DNA of 64,000 nt from Candidatus Cloacimonadales bacterium (lineage in GTDB: Bacteria > Cloacimonadota > Cloacimonadia > Cloacimonadales > JAFGVF01). This document shows positions 52,821-63,616 of this stretch, piece after piece. Within the stretch, counting starts at the first letter, position 1. The number at the start of each line of letters is the position of its first letter. Below the pieces are notes generated by a model. That model was not told the DNA's origin. It searched no databases and was given only the letters and a program-made list of their open reading frames with translations. A program made the translations under genes and the position numbers. Location: the NCBI GenBank assembly GCA_963663475.2, contig CAXXJV010000001.1, forward strand, positions 224,001 through 288,000, written 5' to 3'.

Positions 52821-53537
52821 CTATTTTAAGAGCAATATCTTGCTAATTTTACTATATGTTGGAGACTTCATTTTAATGAAATAAACCCCATTACTACACT
52901 TTCTACCTGCATCATCATAACCATTCCAGTCTAGCCTATGATTCCCAGAATTAATTGTTCTTTTCTGAACTACCTGTCCCTTTAGATTATAAATAGTTAG
53001 AGTACTTGTTTCATTTTCCTTCACCTTTACTTCAATATTTGCAGAAATATTAGCATGGAATGGATTAGGATAAATGGAAACTAATTCTGTACTTTCAGGT
53101 AGAGGACTTACGTCTTGGTCATTTTCTATCTTTACGCTTATAGGTCCAAAGAAATTACTCCCACTATAATCAACACTTTGTAACCAGTAATAATAATTAA
53201 TTTCTGTCTCTAGCTCAAAATCCTGATACATATAATCATTAGATAAGGCAGAGTTTTGACCAGGAATTATTGAAGGTGTTATTATAATAGCTTGGGAAAG
53301 ACTAGGTTCTTGCCCTCGATGAAGGTGATAACCAATTAAATTCATCTCTGATTCACTTGTCCAATTGATAGTAATACTTTGATTATCAGAATTTGCCATT
53401 GCATAAAAAGCAGACAAGGTAACTGGAAGTGTTTCATCAGTTATTGAAAATATAGGTGAAAGAGAAAAGCCTGTAAAAGCATTTACTAATGTAAAATTTA
53501 CAATTAATATAGCTAAAATAATTAAAATCTTCTTCAT
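52821..53537 (-). CDS. Small secreted protein: signal peptide + short strand + TLPVTLSAF module + FlgD-Ig/T9SS-like C-terminal domain
   Basis: 238 aa paralog of 47396-48112; IYPNPF...WNGYDDAG..CSNGVYFIKM. Confidence 0.85.
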   Translation of the reverse strand: MKKILIILAILIVNFTLVNAFTGFSLSPIFSITDETLPVTLSAFYAMANSDNQSITINWTSESEMNLIGYHLHRGQEPSLSQAIIITPSIIPGQNSALSNDYMYQDFELETEINYYYWLQSVDYSGSNFFGPISVKIENDQDVSPLPESTELVSIYPNPFHANISANIEVKVKENETSTLTIYNLKGQVVQKRTINSGNHRLDWNGYDDAGRKCSNGVYFIKMKSPTYSKISKILLLK

Positions 53538-53654
53538 TTTTACCCCACGTAATATTATAGTCTGCTAATATTTATTACTTTGATAAGATATGTCAAGTTT
53601 TTTAATAAAATAAATAATATTCATTGAGTAAAAGTGTTTATTAAGCTAGTGGTT

Positions 53655-53821
53655 AACTCAGATAGTGTAGTAGAGCTTTAGTGAAGAGTGCATATTATTC
53701 TAGAAAAATAGCTTACAGAATTTTGACACATATATTTTATATATTCGGAGAAATTATGGATCTTGCTTTTGAAGAAGAATATTCTGCTATTCACAAAGGC
53801 CTTCTGCATTGTTTTGGGATT
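53655..53821 (+). mobile_element. MITE copy
   Basis: actcagatagtgtagtag...ctgcattgttttgggat with conserved core. Confidence 0.8.
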
Positions 53822-53960
53822 AAATATGGATCAAGTTCAAGTCTGGTGGAAATTATGTTACATTATTTTGCACTAGATATTGTTGTATTACAGTAGTTTA
53901 CTGATTATTAGTTACTATTGATAGTATTATTTTAGCAGAATAAGATATAATCCTGAAAGG

Positions 53961-54076
53961 ATAGGTCTTATATCCCCAGAGGGGATTAATAGATTAGCCC
54001 AGGGTAAAATCCTAAAGGGATTGCAACCCTGGGTTATGATTCATATAAAAAGTATCACCCTGTAAGGGTTTAATAA
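53961..54076 (-). repeat. REP-like element (cccagggttgc...accctgggc family)
   Basis: Diverged reverse-complement of 12344-12462 and 15001-15117. Confidence 0.7.
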
Positions 54077-54192
54077 AAACATATATATCAAAGACTTATT
54101 ATATTACCTTGTTACCATTATATTAACCCATTACAGGGTTCCCATACAGGGTTAGGTCGTAATTTTGGATATTCCCCTTAATTATGATATGA

Positions 54193-54221
54193 GAAAAGCG
54201 GAGATTAATCTCCGCTTTTTC
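54193..54221 (-). terminator. groEL intrinsic terminator
   Basis: aaaagcggagat-ta-atctccgctttt hairpin just past the stop codon. Confidence 0.7.
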
Positions 54222-54243
54222 TTATATTTTACTAAAGTCTTTT

Positions 54244-55902
<1,659 letters not shown>

Positions 55903-55924
55903 TTAATTTTTCTTTATTTTAATT

Positions 55925-55951
55925 TTAGCAATCATATTATCTGTTTGCTAA
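55925..55951. promoter_or_regulatory. CIRCE element (HrcA operator)
   Basis: TTAGCAATC-N9-GTTTGCTAA vs consensus TTAGCACTC-N9-GAGTGCTAA, 40 nt upstream of groEL. Confidence 0.8.
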
Positions 55952-56132
55952 AAAATCATAGTATTAAATTTTGTCAAATACTTTTTTTACTTTTTCTTTT
56001 TTAGGATGAAAAATATATTTGAGAAGTTTATCTTAATGGAATTGATTAGCTTTTCCTTTAGGGTCTAGTGGGCCTTTATTAGACCTTTATTGCTTGTTTA
56101 TAGGGGATTACTACAATAGACACCTGATAGTT

Positions 56133-56232
56133 AAGTCAGAATAGCCCAGTAGGACTTTGATAATACTTCGTTAAAACTACGTATCACAGATGAAGAGTGC
56201 TAGATTCTTTAGCAAAACAAGTTACAGAATTT
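56133..56232 (+). mobile_element. Partial MITE copy (long subtype)
   Basis: Left end plus taatacttcgttaaaactacgtatcacag insert and gaagagtgctagattc...ttacagaattt core. Confidence 0.65.
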
Positions 56233-56263
56233 GAGTAAACTTAGAAAAGCTTAGTTTTAGTTA

Positions 56264-57223
56264 TTATTTTCCTTGAATCACCTTTCCTAAGCTAGGATCG
56301 GTTTCTTTAGTAATATCTCCAATTCTCTGATTATAGACCCCTTTTGAGTTTGTTAGCATTCTCATACCTACATCACCACTGGCATATTGGGGATTTATAC
56401 TTACTACTTTGCGAGGTATAATAGGGATTTCTTCAATTTGAATATTTTTATTATTAATTACAGAAAAAAGTATTCCAAAGACTTTGTTTTGATCATTGGT
56501 ATCCTTATATAATACAGCAAGCCTATAATTACTTCTTGAATAAAAAGTTAATCTATAACCACAAACTTTTTTTATATCTATTTGGGAAATAGAGTCATGT
56601 ATTATGCAATTTCTTGAATAATTTTTAAGTTCATTAAGGTTATTATTCTTTAGAGCACTTTCGATCTTACTTACAAAATTCTTAATGTTAACGTGCATTT
56701 TTGTCCCTGGTATTGTGTCAAAATCAATAACATCTGTTTCAAGAAGTCTATAGAATTTAATTTCTCTAAGAGCTGAATAAATGCGATTCTTTAAAACATT
56801 CTTTTTTATTCTATAACACTTACTTAGTTTAGACAAGCTATATTCCTTGGGTATATACTTCTTTAAAATCTTCTTATCAGTCTCATTTAAGAAAGTGTAA
56901 TTATCTAACTCACCTAGTATAGATTTTACATCTTTCTGACCATGGTCATTATCATCTTCTTGTTGTTCTTCTGCTTGCTTATTAAGCTGGATATTATTTA
57001 TAAGCTTGCTTGTATTTTTATCCGCTTTATGAAAATCAATACATAAGTTTTTAGAAACAGTATAAACCCAATTAACTAGGTTTTCTAAGTTAACACTTTC
57101 TCTATTGAGATAATATTGAATCATTGTCTGTTGTATTACATCATCGACGTAGATATTGCCATAGAGATACTTGAGAGCAACTCTCCGAGAGACATTCTCT
57201 ACTATTTTCAGAGTATCAAGCAT
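56264..57223 (-). CDS. ECF-type sigma-70 factor-like protein with C-terminal extension
   Basis: Region-2-like DDVIQQT...NWVYTVSKNLCIDFHK; region-4-like L...DKKIL....SLSKLS......NVLKNRIYSALREI. Confidence 0.65.
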   Translation of the reverse strand: MLDTLKIVENVSRRVALKYLYGNIYVDDVIQQTMIQYYLNRESVNLENLVNWVYTVSKNLCIDFHKADKNTSKLINNIQLNKQAEEQQEDDNDHGQKDVKSILGELDNYTFLNETDKKILKKYIPKEYSLSKLSKCYRIKKNVLKNRIYSALREIKFYRLLETDVIDFDTIPGTKMHVNIKNFVSKIESALKNNNLNELKNYSRNCIIHDSISQIDIKKVCGYRLTFYSRSNYRLAVLYKDTNDQNKVFGILFSVINNKNIQIEEIPIIPRKVVSINPQYASGDVGMRMLTNSKGVYNQRIGDITKETDPSLGKVIQGK

Positions 57224-57389
57224 TAACGCTCCTTTCCTATCATTTTTAATAGCAATACTTTATAATACCTTTCTATGACTTTTAAAATTTCTCAGTAAAA
57301 ATAGTGAGAGTTAATAATGACTGAAAAAGTATTAATGTAATTATTACTGTTACTAAGCTATGTTTGTATTTTTTCTAGTCAAGTTAATT

Positions 57390-57580
57390 ATCCCAAATGG
57401 GGTAATAGAACTTTCATAAAGAGTAATAGATTCTTTTAGTAAAGTAAGTTACAGAATTTGATGGCAGATAATCCCAGACGTCTAGTAGAACTTTAGTGAA
57501 GAGTAAAGATTCCTCAAGCCAAATAGATTACTTGTGTAAAAGCAAATATTGCTATTCGCCAAAGGTCTACAACATTTATA
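57390..57580 (+). mobile_element. Two degenerate partial MITE copies
   Basis: atcccaaatggggtaatagaacttt...ttacagaattt and atcccagacgtctagtagaactttagtgaagag...gctattcgccaaaggtctac. Confidence 0.55.
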
Positions 57581-57794
57581 AGAATTATAATCAGCTTATA
57601 ATCTTAGCTTTGTCTGGGCTTGCAGAAAAACCCTATGCGAATAATTATCTGAATTTTGAATATAATTTTAGTCTAGTAAAAGCTAATGATTCCGAAGAAT
57701 TATTTATTGTTTTCTGGTAGCTTATATAAATGAAGATAAAATGAAACATATATTTATGGGAATAAGTTTAACCCAGATAGTCTAGTAGAACTTA

Positions 57795-57959
57795 ATCCCG
57801 AATGGTGTAGTAGAACTTTAGTGAAGAGTGCAGATTATTCTAGCAAAATAGCTTACAGAATTTTGACTCATATAACATATATATTCGGAGAAATTATGGA
57901 AGTTACTTTTGCAGAATAATATAGTGCTATTCACAAAGGTCTAATGCATTATTTGGGAT
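57795..57959 (+). mobile_element. MITE copy, preceded by an extra isolated left end (57771-57793)
   Basis: atcccgaatggtgtagta ... taatgcattatttgggat terminal inverted repeats with conserved core. Confidence 0.8.
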
Positions 57960-58247
57960 AATATAGAGCTAATCATAAAGGTTGACTGTATTATTTGGTT
58001 TAAGGAGAGGCATAACTTTCTACTAACTAGTTTTTTATGTTTTTCTGTTGTCATTATTTTCTCTAGTAAGAAGAAAATTTTGCTAGCTCCTTACTTGTTC
58101 CCTTTAGCCTGAGGTAAGATGCTGACTTGTGAAGGCGTAGCTTTAGCGAAGACTCAAAGAAAAATGTGGAAGCAGGGATGCTTCCACTTCATAAGATCAA
58201 CTACATTATTTTGGGTTAAATTCTTAGAAAATCACTCAAGAATACAT

Positions 58248-58640
58248 TTATAGTGAAAAATCTATCTGGTAAAATCCCTGTTGGAAGTTAATATTTTTTA
58301 TAACTATCCCTACTCCCTTGTCTTGAAGGAGCTGATCAGCATTCATTTTAATAAAGTCATCTTCAATTGATATAACGCCCTTAGTTCTATCTTTAATTAC
58401 ATTTTTAAGTAGGTTTAAGAACATTTTCGGTATATTGCAAGAGTAGGTAAAGAGAATCATACCTAGATTATAAGAATCAAATTTTAGATTAATTTTGATT
58501 TCCATAGGAATTTTCTCAATTTTAAGAAGTACTCTAAAAGTATTTTCTTTAATAGAATATTCTTTAATTAGGTCAGGAATATTAGGTATTTTATTGAGTT
58601 TTTCAGTTATTTCGTCTGGTGTAATAATTAATAGTGGCAT
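58248..58640 (-). CDS. Hypothetical protein
   Basis: 130-aa ORF with GGAGG RBS, co-oriented 26 nt downstream of UGPase. Confidence 0.7.
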   Translation of the reverse strand: MPLLIITPDEITEKLNKIPNIPDLIKEYSIKENTFRVLLKIEKIPMEIKINLKFDSYNLGMILFTYSCNIPKMFLNLLKNVIKDRTKGVISIEDDFIKMNADQLLQDKGVGIVIKNINFQQGFYQIDFSL

Positions 58641-58666
58641 AGATCCTCCATAGTTATTTTTACAGT

Positions 58667-60034
58667 CTAAAAGGTTACATCTTCATTATTGAGGATAGCA
58701 TCAGAGATCCTCTCTTTCTCTTGACTTTTAATAGTTACATCACCGACAATATAAACTTCTTTACCAAAAAGGATATTTCCTTCAATTTTAAGGCTATTAC
58801 ATTGAATTAGAGAAGGAACTTCTCTGAAGTGATTTTTTAGTTGTTCAACAGTTTTATAGAAATTATTATCTAATTCTATGGTAGGAGCTTTTTCCAATCC
58901 TTCGGTTAAAACTATTTGATAATCACTATTGATTTTATAAACATCAGACCAGATAAGGAGTAAGTCATTAGTCTTTTTCACAGGTGCAAATCTTGATCTT
59001 GGAACAACAATAGCTTTAGCATCTTTAAAGACACTTATAGCAGCTCCCATAGCAGTTTCAATTTGGTAAACATCAATATCATTAACTTTTTTAGGATTAA
59101 TAATCAGAGGTAATTCGATAGTATTATTATTTTCCAAGAGAGTCTTCTTCAAAACTTTCAAATTAACCCACAAATTATTTGTGTTAAAATAGCTATATTT
59201 CTTTATGTCTTGGAATTCAGAAATTTCATTTTCAGGACACTGAGCAACTTCTCTAAGAATTAAATTACCTTCTTTAGTTTGAGCAAGATGGCCTCCCTTC
59301 TTATCCATTTCAGTTCTCCGACAGACTTCCATTATGAAAGGAATTTCTTCTCTATCCATATAAGTAAGGATTTTAGGGTCAATTACTGCTCCCAAATTAT
59401 CTGAATTTGAAATAAAGGCATAATTATAGTTTTTATCTAAAAGAGAGTCTAACAAACCTGAAGAATAGAGGGCAGAATAGATATCACCATGTCCAGGAGG
59501 ATTCCAATTTTGGTCATCATCTTCAAGTTCTAGAGCTTGCATATTGTCTTGTCTTATGCGTGGATATTTATTCTGCAAGAAATCTAAATCAAGATCATCA
59601 AGTTTAAGATTTTTATAGTTCTCAAGAAGTTCTAAAGTATCTTGTCTAGTCTTGTAGCTATTCATGAAAATTAGGGGTATCTGGGATTGATATTTTTCTC
59701 TCAAAGAGATTATCTGATTAGCTAGAATATCCAAGAAAGTCATTTCTCCTTTTACTGGAAGCAGGGATTTTGCTTTATCAAGTCCCATACTAGTACCTAA
59801 ACCACCATTTAATTTAATTACAGCTAATTGATTAAGCAGGGCATTATCTTGTTTAGTCAAGGCATCATAATTTATTAAATTAAGTCGATTAGGACTTTCT
59901 ATCATATCATTAGATAGTTTTCCTGTATTACCTTCCTGAAGTTGATTATAGTACTTAATAAAAGTATCTATTACATTTTCATCTAGGTCAGCTTGTCTCA
60001 TTTTCAGCTTAAAAGCTTCAATTTTACTTTCCAT
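58667..60034 (-). CDS. UTP--glucose-1-phosphate uridylyltransferase, eukaryote-like UDPGP family
   Basis: KLNGGLGTSMG..KAKS, WNPPGHGD, SNSDNLGA, DKKGGHL, FNTNNLW, RFAPVK. Confidence 0.92.
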   Translation of the reverse strand: MESKIEAFKLKMRQADLDENVIDTFIKYYNQLQEGNTGKLSNDMIESPNRLNLINYDALTKQDNALLNQLAVIKLNGGLGTSMGLDKAKSLLPVKGEMTFLDILANQIISLREKYQSQIPLIFMNSYKTRQDTLELLENYKNLKLDDLDLDFLQNKYPRIRQDNMQALELEDDDQNWNPPGHGDIYSALYSSGLLDSLLDKNYNYAFISNSDNLGAVIDPKILTYMDREEIPFIMEVCRRTEMDKKGGHLAQTKEGNLILREVAQCPENEISEFQDIKKYSYFNTNNLWVNLKVLKKTLLENNNTIELPLIINPKKVNDIDVYQIETAMGAAISVFKDAKAIVVPRSRFAPVKKTNDLLLIWSDVYKINSDYQIVLTEGLEKAPTIELDNNFYKTVEQLKNHFREVPSLIQCNSLKIEGNILFGKEVYIVGDVTIKSQEKERISDAILNNEDVTF

Positions 60035-60064
60035 ATATTGCTCCTAATTAAATCCACTTATACT

Positions 60065-60227
60065 ATCCCAAATAATGCAGTAGATCTTTGCGAATAGCAG
60101 AATCTTATTTTGCAAAAGTAAGCTACATAATTTTCTAGAATATATATTATATGCCTTCAAGTTCTGTAACTTTTTTGCTAAAATAATCTAGCACTCTTCA
60201 TCAAAGTTTTAATCCACAATTCGGGAT
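60065..60227 (-). mobile_element. MITE copy with 6-bp target duplication
   Basis: atcccaaataatgcagta...acaattcgggat; TATACT on both sides (60059-60064, 60228-60233). Confidence 0.82.
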
Positions 60228-60288
60228 TATACTCAAGTTTTTTTAGCAGAGAGTGTGTTCCCACACTCTCTGGCTATTTTTATGTTAA

Positions 60289-62307
60289 TTATTTTAATTT
60301 ATTATCTACTAATTTGTCAATAAGTTTATCATCTGACAGGAATGGGATTGTGATATGTCCCTGTCCTTCATGTTTTTCATTCCATTCAGCTGATGTCTTA
60401 ATAGCATTCTCATTTCTTGCCCAATTACGACGAGCAACACCACCCATTACATCCCAAGAAAGAGCACTTTTAATAATTTCATCCATTCTCTTAGAACCAT
60501 CAAGTACAATACCATTTCCACCATTGATAGATCTACCTATGCCAACTCCTCCACCATTAGAAAGTACTACTAAAGACATTCCTCTAGCAATATTTCCACC
60601 AAAACAGTGGGTTGCCATATCTGCCATTACATTAGAGCCATCATAAATGTTAGAAGTTTCTCTGAAAGGTGAATCTGTACCTGAAACATCATGATGATCT
60701 CTACCAAGCATTACAGGTCCAATGAGACCCTTTCTAATTGCTTCGTTGAATTTAAGGGCAATTTTAACCCTTCCTTCTTCATCAGCATATAAAATACGTG
60801 CTTTTGTGCCAACAACTAAAGCATTCTCTTCAGCTGTTGCTATCCAGTGATAATTGTCTCTATCTAAAGAACATCTCTTAGGGTCAATACAATCCATGGC
60901 AATTTGGTCTGTCTTACGTAAATCTTCATCTTCTCTTGATAAGCAAACCCATCTGAAAGGTCCATAACCATTATCAAAGCAGATTGGTCCCATGATATCT
61001 TCAACATAAGATGGCCATATAAAGCCTTCATTAGTGTTTTGTCCGTTTTTAGCAATATCTTTTGCACCTGCATCAAAAATAGATGCCATAAAACTATTGC
61101 CATAATCCCAGAAATAAGCACCTTTAGCTGTAAGTCTCTTTAAAACTTCATAGTGTCTAATTAGAGAAGCATCTACTAGTTCTTTGAATTTCCCTAAATC
61201 TTCCTTAATTAACTTTCTACCTTCATCGAAAGCTATTCCAGCAGGAGTGTAGCCACCATCATAAACAGCGTGACATGATGTTTGATCAGAAAGAAGTTCA
61301 ACATTTAGATCATTAGCATCAATATATTCTAGTAAGTCAACCACATTACCATGGTAAGCAATTGAGATTGGTTTTTCTAATCTTCTATACTCTTCTATCC
61401 AGTCTTTAATTTCAGCCAAATTATCAGATACTTTTGATACCCAGCCTTGCTCATAACGAGTCTCAATTCTAGATTGGTCAACTTCGGCTACCACACAGAT
61501 ACCACCAGCAATTTCACATGCTTTAGGTTGGGCACCAGACATACCACCAAGACCTGATGTTAAGAATATTTTACCTTTTAAATCTTTATCTTCAGGAATT
61601 CCTAGATACTTTCTACCTGCATTAAGAAGAGTAATATAAGTTCCATGCACAATACCTTGAGGTCCGATATACATCCAACCACCAGCAGTCATTTGACCAT
61701 AATTAGCAACACCAAGAGCAGTTAATCTTTTGAAATCATCAGGATTATCCCATTTACCTACAACTAAACCGTTAGTATTAATCACACGTGGTGCTTCAGG
61801 TTTGGAAGGGAAGAGTCCAACTGGATGACCAGAAGCAACAACTAATGTTTGATCTTCTGTCATTATCTCTAGATATTTTTTAACTAATTGATACTGCATC
61901 CAGTTTTGAAAGATTTGGCCAGTTTCACCATAAGTAACTAATTCATAAGGATAAAGAGCTATATCAAAGTCAAGATTATTATCAATCATAACTTGCATAG
62001 CCTTAGCAGCAGTAATACCTTTATATTCATTAATAGGCTTACCGATTAAGCTTCCTTGAGGACGATATCTATAACCATAGATTCTGCCCATTGTCATAAG
62101 TTCTTCTAAAAACTCAGGAGCAATTTCTTCATGTAAATGCTCTGGAATATAGCGAAGCGCATTCTTCAAAGCAATCTTAATTTCTGTTTTAGAAAGATTC
62201 AATCCCCTATCAGGAGCTCTCCTCTTGCTAGGATCAAACTCTGCTTTGGGAGGTAATTGATCCCCTAATTTTACTTTAATAGCTTTTTTGTAGTCAAAGT
62301 CAATCAT
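60289..62307 (-). CDS. hutU: Urocanate hydratase (long form)
   Basis: GQMTAGGWMYIGPQGIVHGT, GLGGMSGAQ, SDQTSCH, GRDHHDVSGTDSPFRET. Confidence 0.97.
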   Translation of the reverse strand: MIDFDYKKAIKVKLGDQLPPKAEFDPSKRRAPDRGLNLSKTEIKIALKNALRYIPEHLHEEIAPEFLEELMTMGRIYGYRYRPQGSLIGKPINEYKGITAAKAMQVMIDNNLDFDIALYPYELVTYGETGQIFQNWMQYQLVKKYLEIMTEDQTLVVASGHPVGLFPSKPEAPRVINTNGLVVGKWDNPDDFKRLTALGVANYGQMTAGGWMYIGPQGIVHGTYITLLNAGRKYLGIPEDKDLKGKIFLTSGLGGMSGAQPKACEIAGGICVVAEVDQSRIETRYEQGWVSKVSDNLAEIKDWIEEYRRLEKPISIAYHGNVVDLLEYIDANDLNVELLSDQTSCHAVYDGGYTPAGIAFDEGRKLIKEDLGKFKELVDASLIRHYEVLKRLTAKGAYFWDYGNSFMASIFDAGAKDIAKNGQNTNEGFIWPSYVEDIMGPICFDNGYGPFRWVCLSREDEDLRKTDQIAMDCIDPKRCSLDRDNYHWIATAEENALVVGTKARILYADEEGRVKIALKFNEAIRKGLIGPVMLGRDHHDVSGTDSPFRETSNIYDGSNVMADMATHCFGGNIARGMSLVVLSNGGGVGIGRSINGGNGIVLDGSKRMDEIIKSALSWDVMGGVARRNWARNENAIKTSAEWNEKHEGQGHITIPFLSDDKLIDKLVDNKLK

Positions 62308-62324
62308 TGTAATTCTCCATTTTT

Positions 62325-63611
62325 TTATTTATTTTCTTTTTCTAACATCACTTTTAATATTGATTTATCTACCTCTTTCATGCCACCTAGTACGATTTTA
62401 CCAAGGTTTTTAAATGAGTCTTCTACACCTGCTCCATTTATACCTTCATAATCGTTAACACAAATATTAGACATACCTAAAATTGCACTATTTAAAGCAG
62501 TTCTTACACCTGTAGCTACCTTCAAAGAACAACCTAATTTAGCACCATCACAAATCATTCCAGCAATATCTCCAATAACATTCTGAATAGCAGCCTCAAT
62601 ATTTCTCTCTTGACCGCCCAAGATAAAGACTGCTCCAGCACTTATACCAATGGCAGCATTAACAATACCACATAGAGCAGATAATATTCCAAAATAACTT
62701 TTCACATGAATTGAAGTAAGGTGTGAAATTGCTATAGCTTGCAGTAGTTTATGTCTCTCAACTTTTAACCTTTCACCTAAGGCTATCAGAGGTACAGTGA
62801 GAGTGATTCCTTGATTTCCAGAACCTGAATTTGCCATTGCAGGTAGAGGACAACCACTCATTCTAGCTTCGCTACCAGCTACGGTTAGCATAGTTGCATA
62901 ATTCACTATACCATCACCAAAGAGTCCATTATCAATATTTTCTTGGATAGATTTAGCAATTCCATAACCAGAATTATTCTCCATTCCATATTTTGCTATT
63001 TCAAAATTCTTGGAAATAACTTCCTCTAAAAAGGCAAGTTCTTCTTCACCTGCTACTGATACTGCTGAAACAATATCAGAAATCTGCATGACTTGTCTGA
63101 TATCATCACTCTTAGTAATTGCTTCAATTCTATCATTTTCTTGTAAAATCATATCATCAATTGATAATTTATAGAGATTAGTATGTTTACCTTGCATAAT
63201 AGCTACAGCTTTATGATCTTGGGAATAGGCGATGACTTCTATCCAAAACAGTTCATCAGAGGGACTCATCTTGATTTCAATAATATCTCTTTCAATTAAA
63301 TCATAGGCATCTTTAATATTATCTTCATCTACATGCTGAAGGACTTCAAGTTGAAGTTCAGGTAATCCAGCTACAGCAGCTAGTGCTACTGCCATTTTAA
63401 TGCCTCTCTCATTTGTTCCCGGAATACCAACTCCTAGAGCATTTTTTAGTATATTTTGACTAAGAAAAACCTCGATTTTATTTATAGGTTGGGTCAATAT
63501 ACTAGTTACATATGCAGTTGCTAAAGCAATTGCAATTGGTTCAGTACAGCCTTGAGCTGGTGCTATATCTGTTTTTAATATAGAAATAATATCATCTTTT
63601 TTTATCATCAA
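62325..63611 (-). CDS. Serine dehydratase alpha-like / L-cysteine desulfidase (YhaM/CdsB family)
   Basis: PAQGCTEP, KNALGVGIPG, ARMSG...AMANSGSGNQG, SALCG, GMICDGAK.GC. Confidence 0.85.
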   Translation of the reverse strand: MMIKKDDIISILKTDIAPAQGCTEPIAIALATAYVTSILTQPINKIEVFLSQNILKNALGVGIPGTNERGIKMAVALAAVAGLPELQLEVLQHVDEDNIKDAYDLIERDIIEIKMSPSDELFWIEVIAYSQDHKAVAIMQGKHTNLYKLSIDDMILQENDRIEAITKSDDIRQVMQISDIVSAVSVAGEEELAFLEEVISKNFEIAKYGMENNSGYGIAKSIQENIDNGLFGDGIVNYATMLTVAGSEARMSGCPLPAMANSGSGNQGITLTVPLIALGERLKVERHKLLQAIAISHLTSIHVKSYFGILSALCGIVNAAIGISAGAVFILGGQERNIEAAIQNVIGDIAGMICDGAKLGCSLKVATGVRTALNSAILGMSNICVNDYEGINGAGVEDSFKNLGKIVLGGMKEVDKSILKVMLEKENK

Positions 63612-63616
63612 AACCT

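Noticed and set aside
45051-53537. Complete diversity-generating retroelement
   Set aside because: No reverse transcriptase, Avd or adenine-variant template repeat visible in the window; only potential target-type domains
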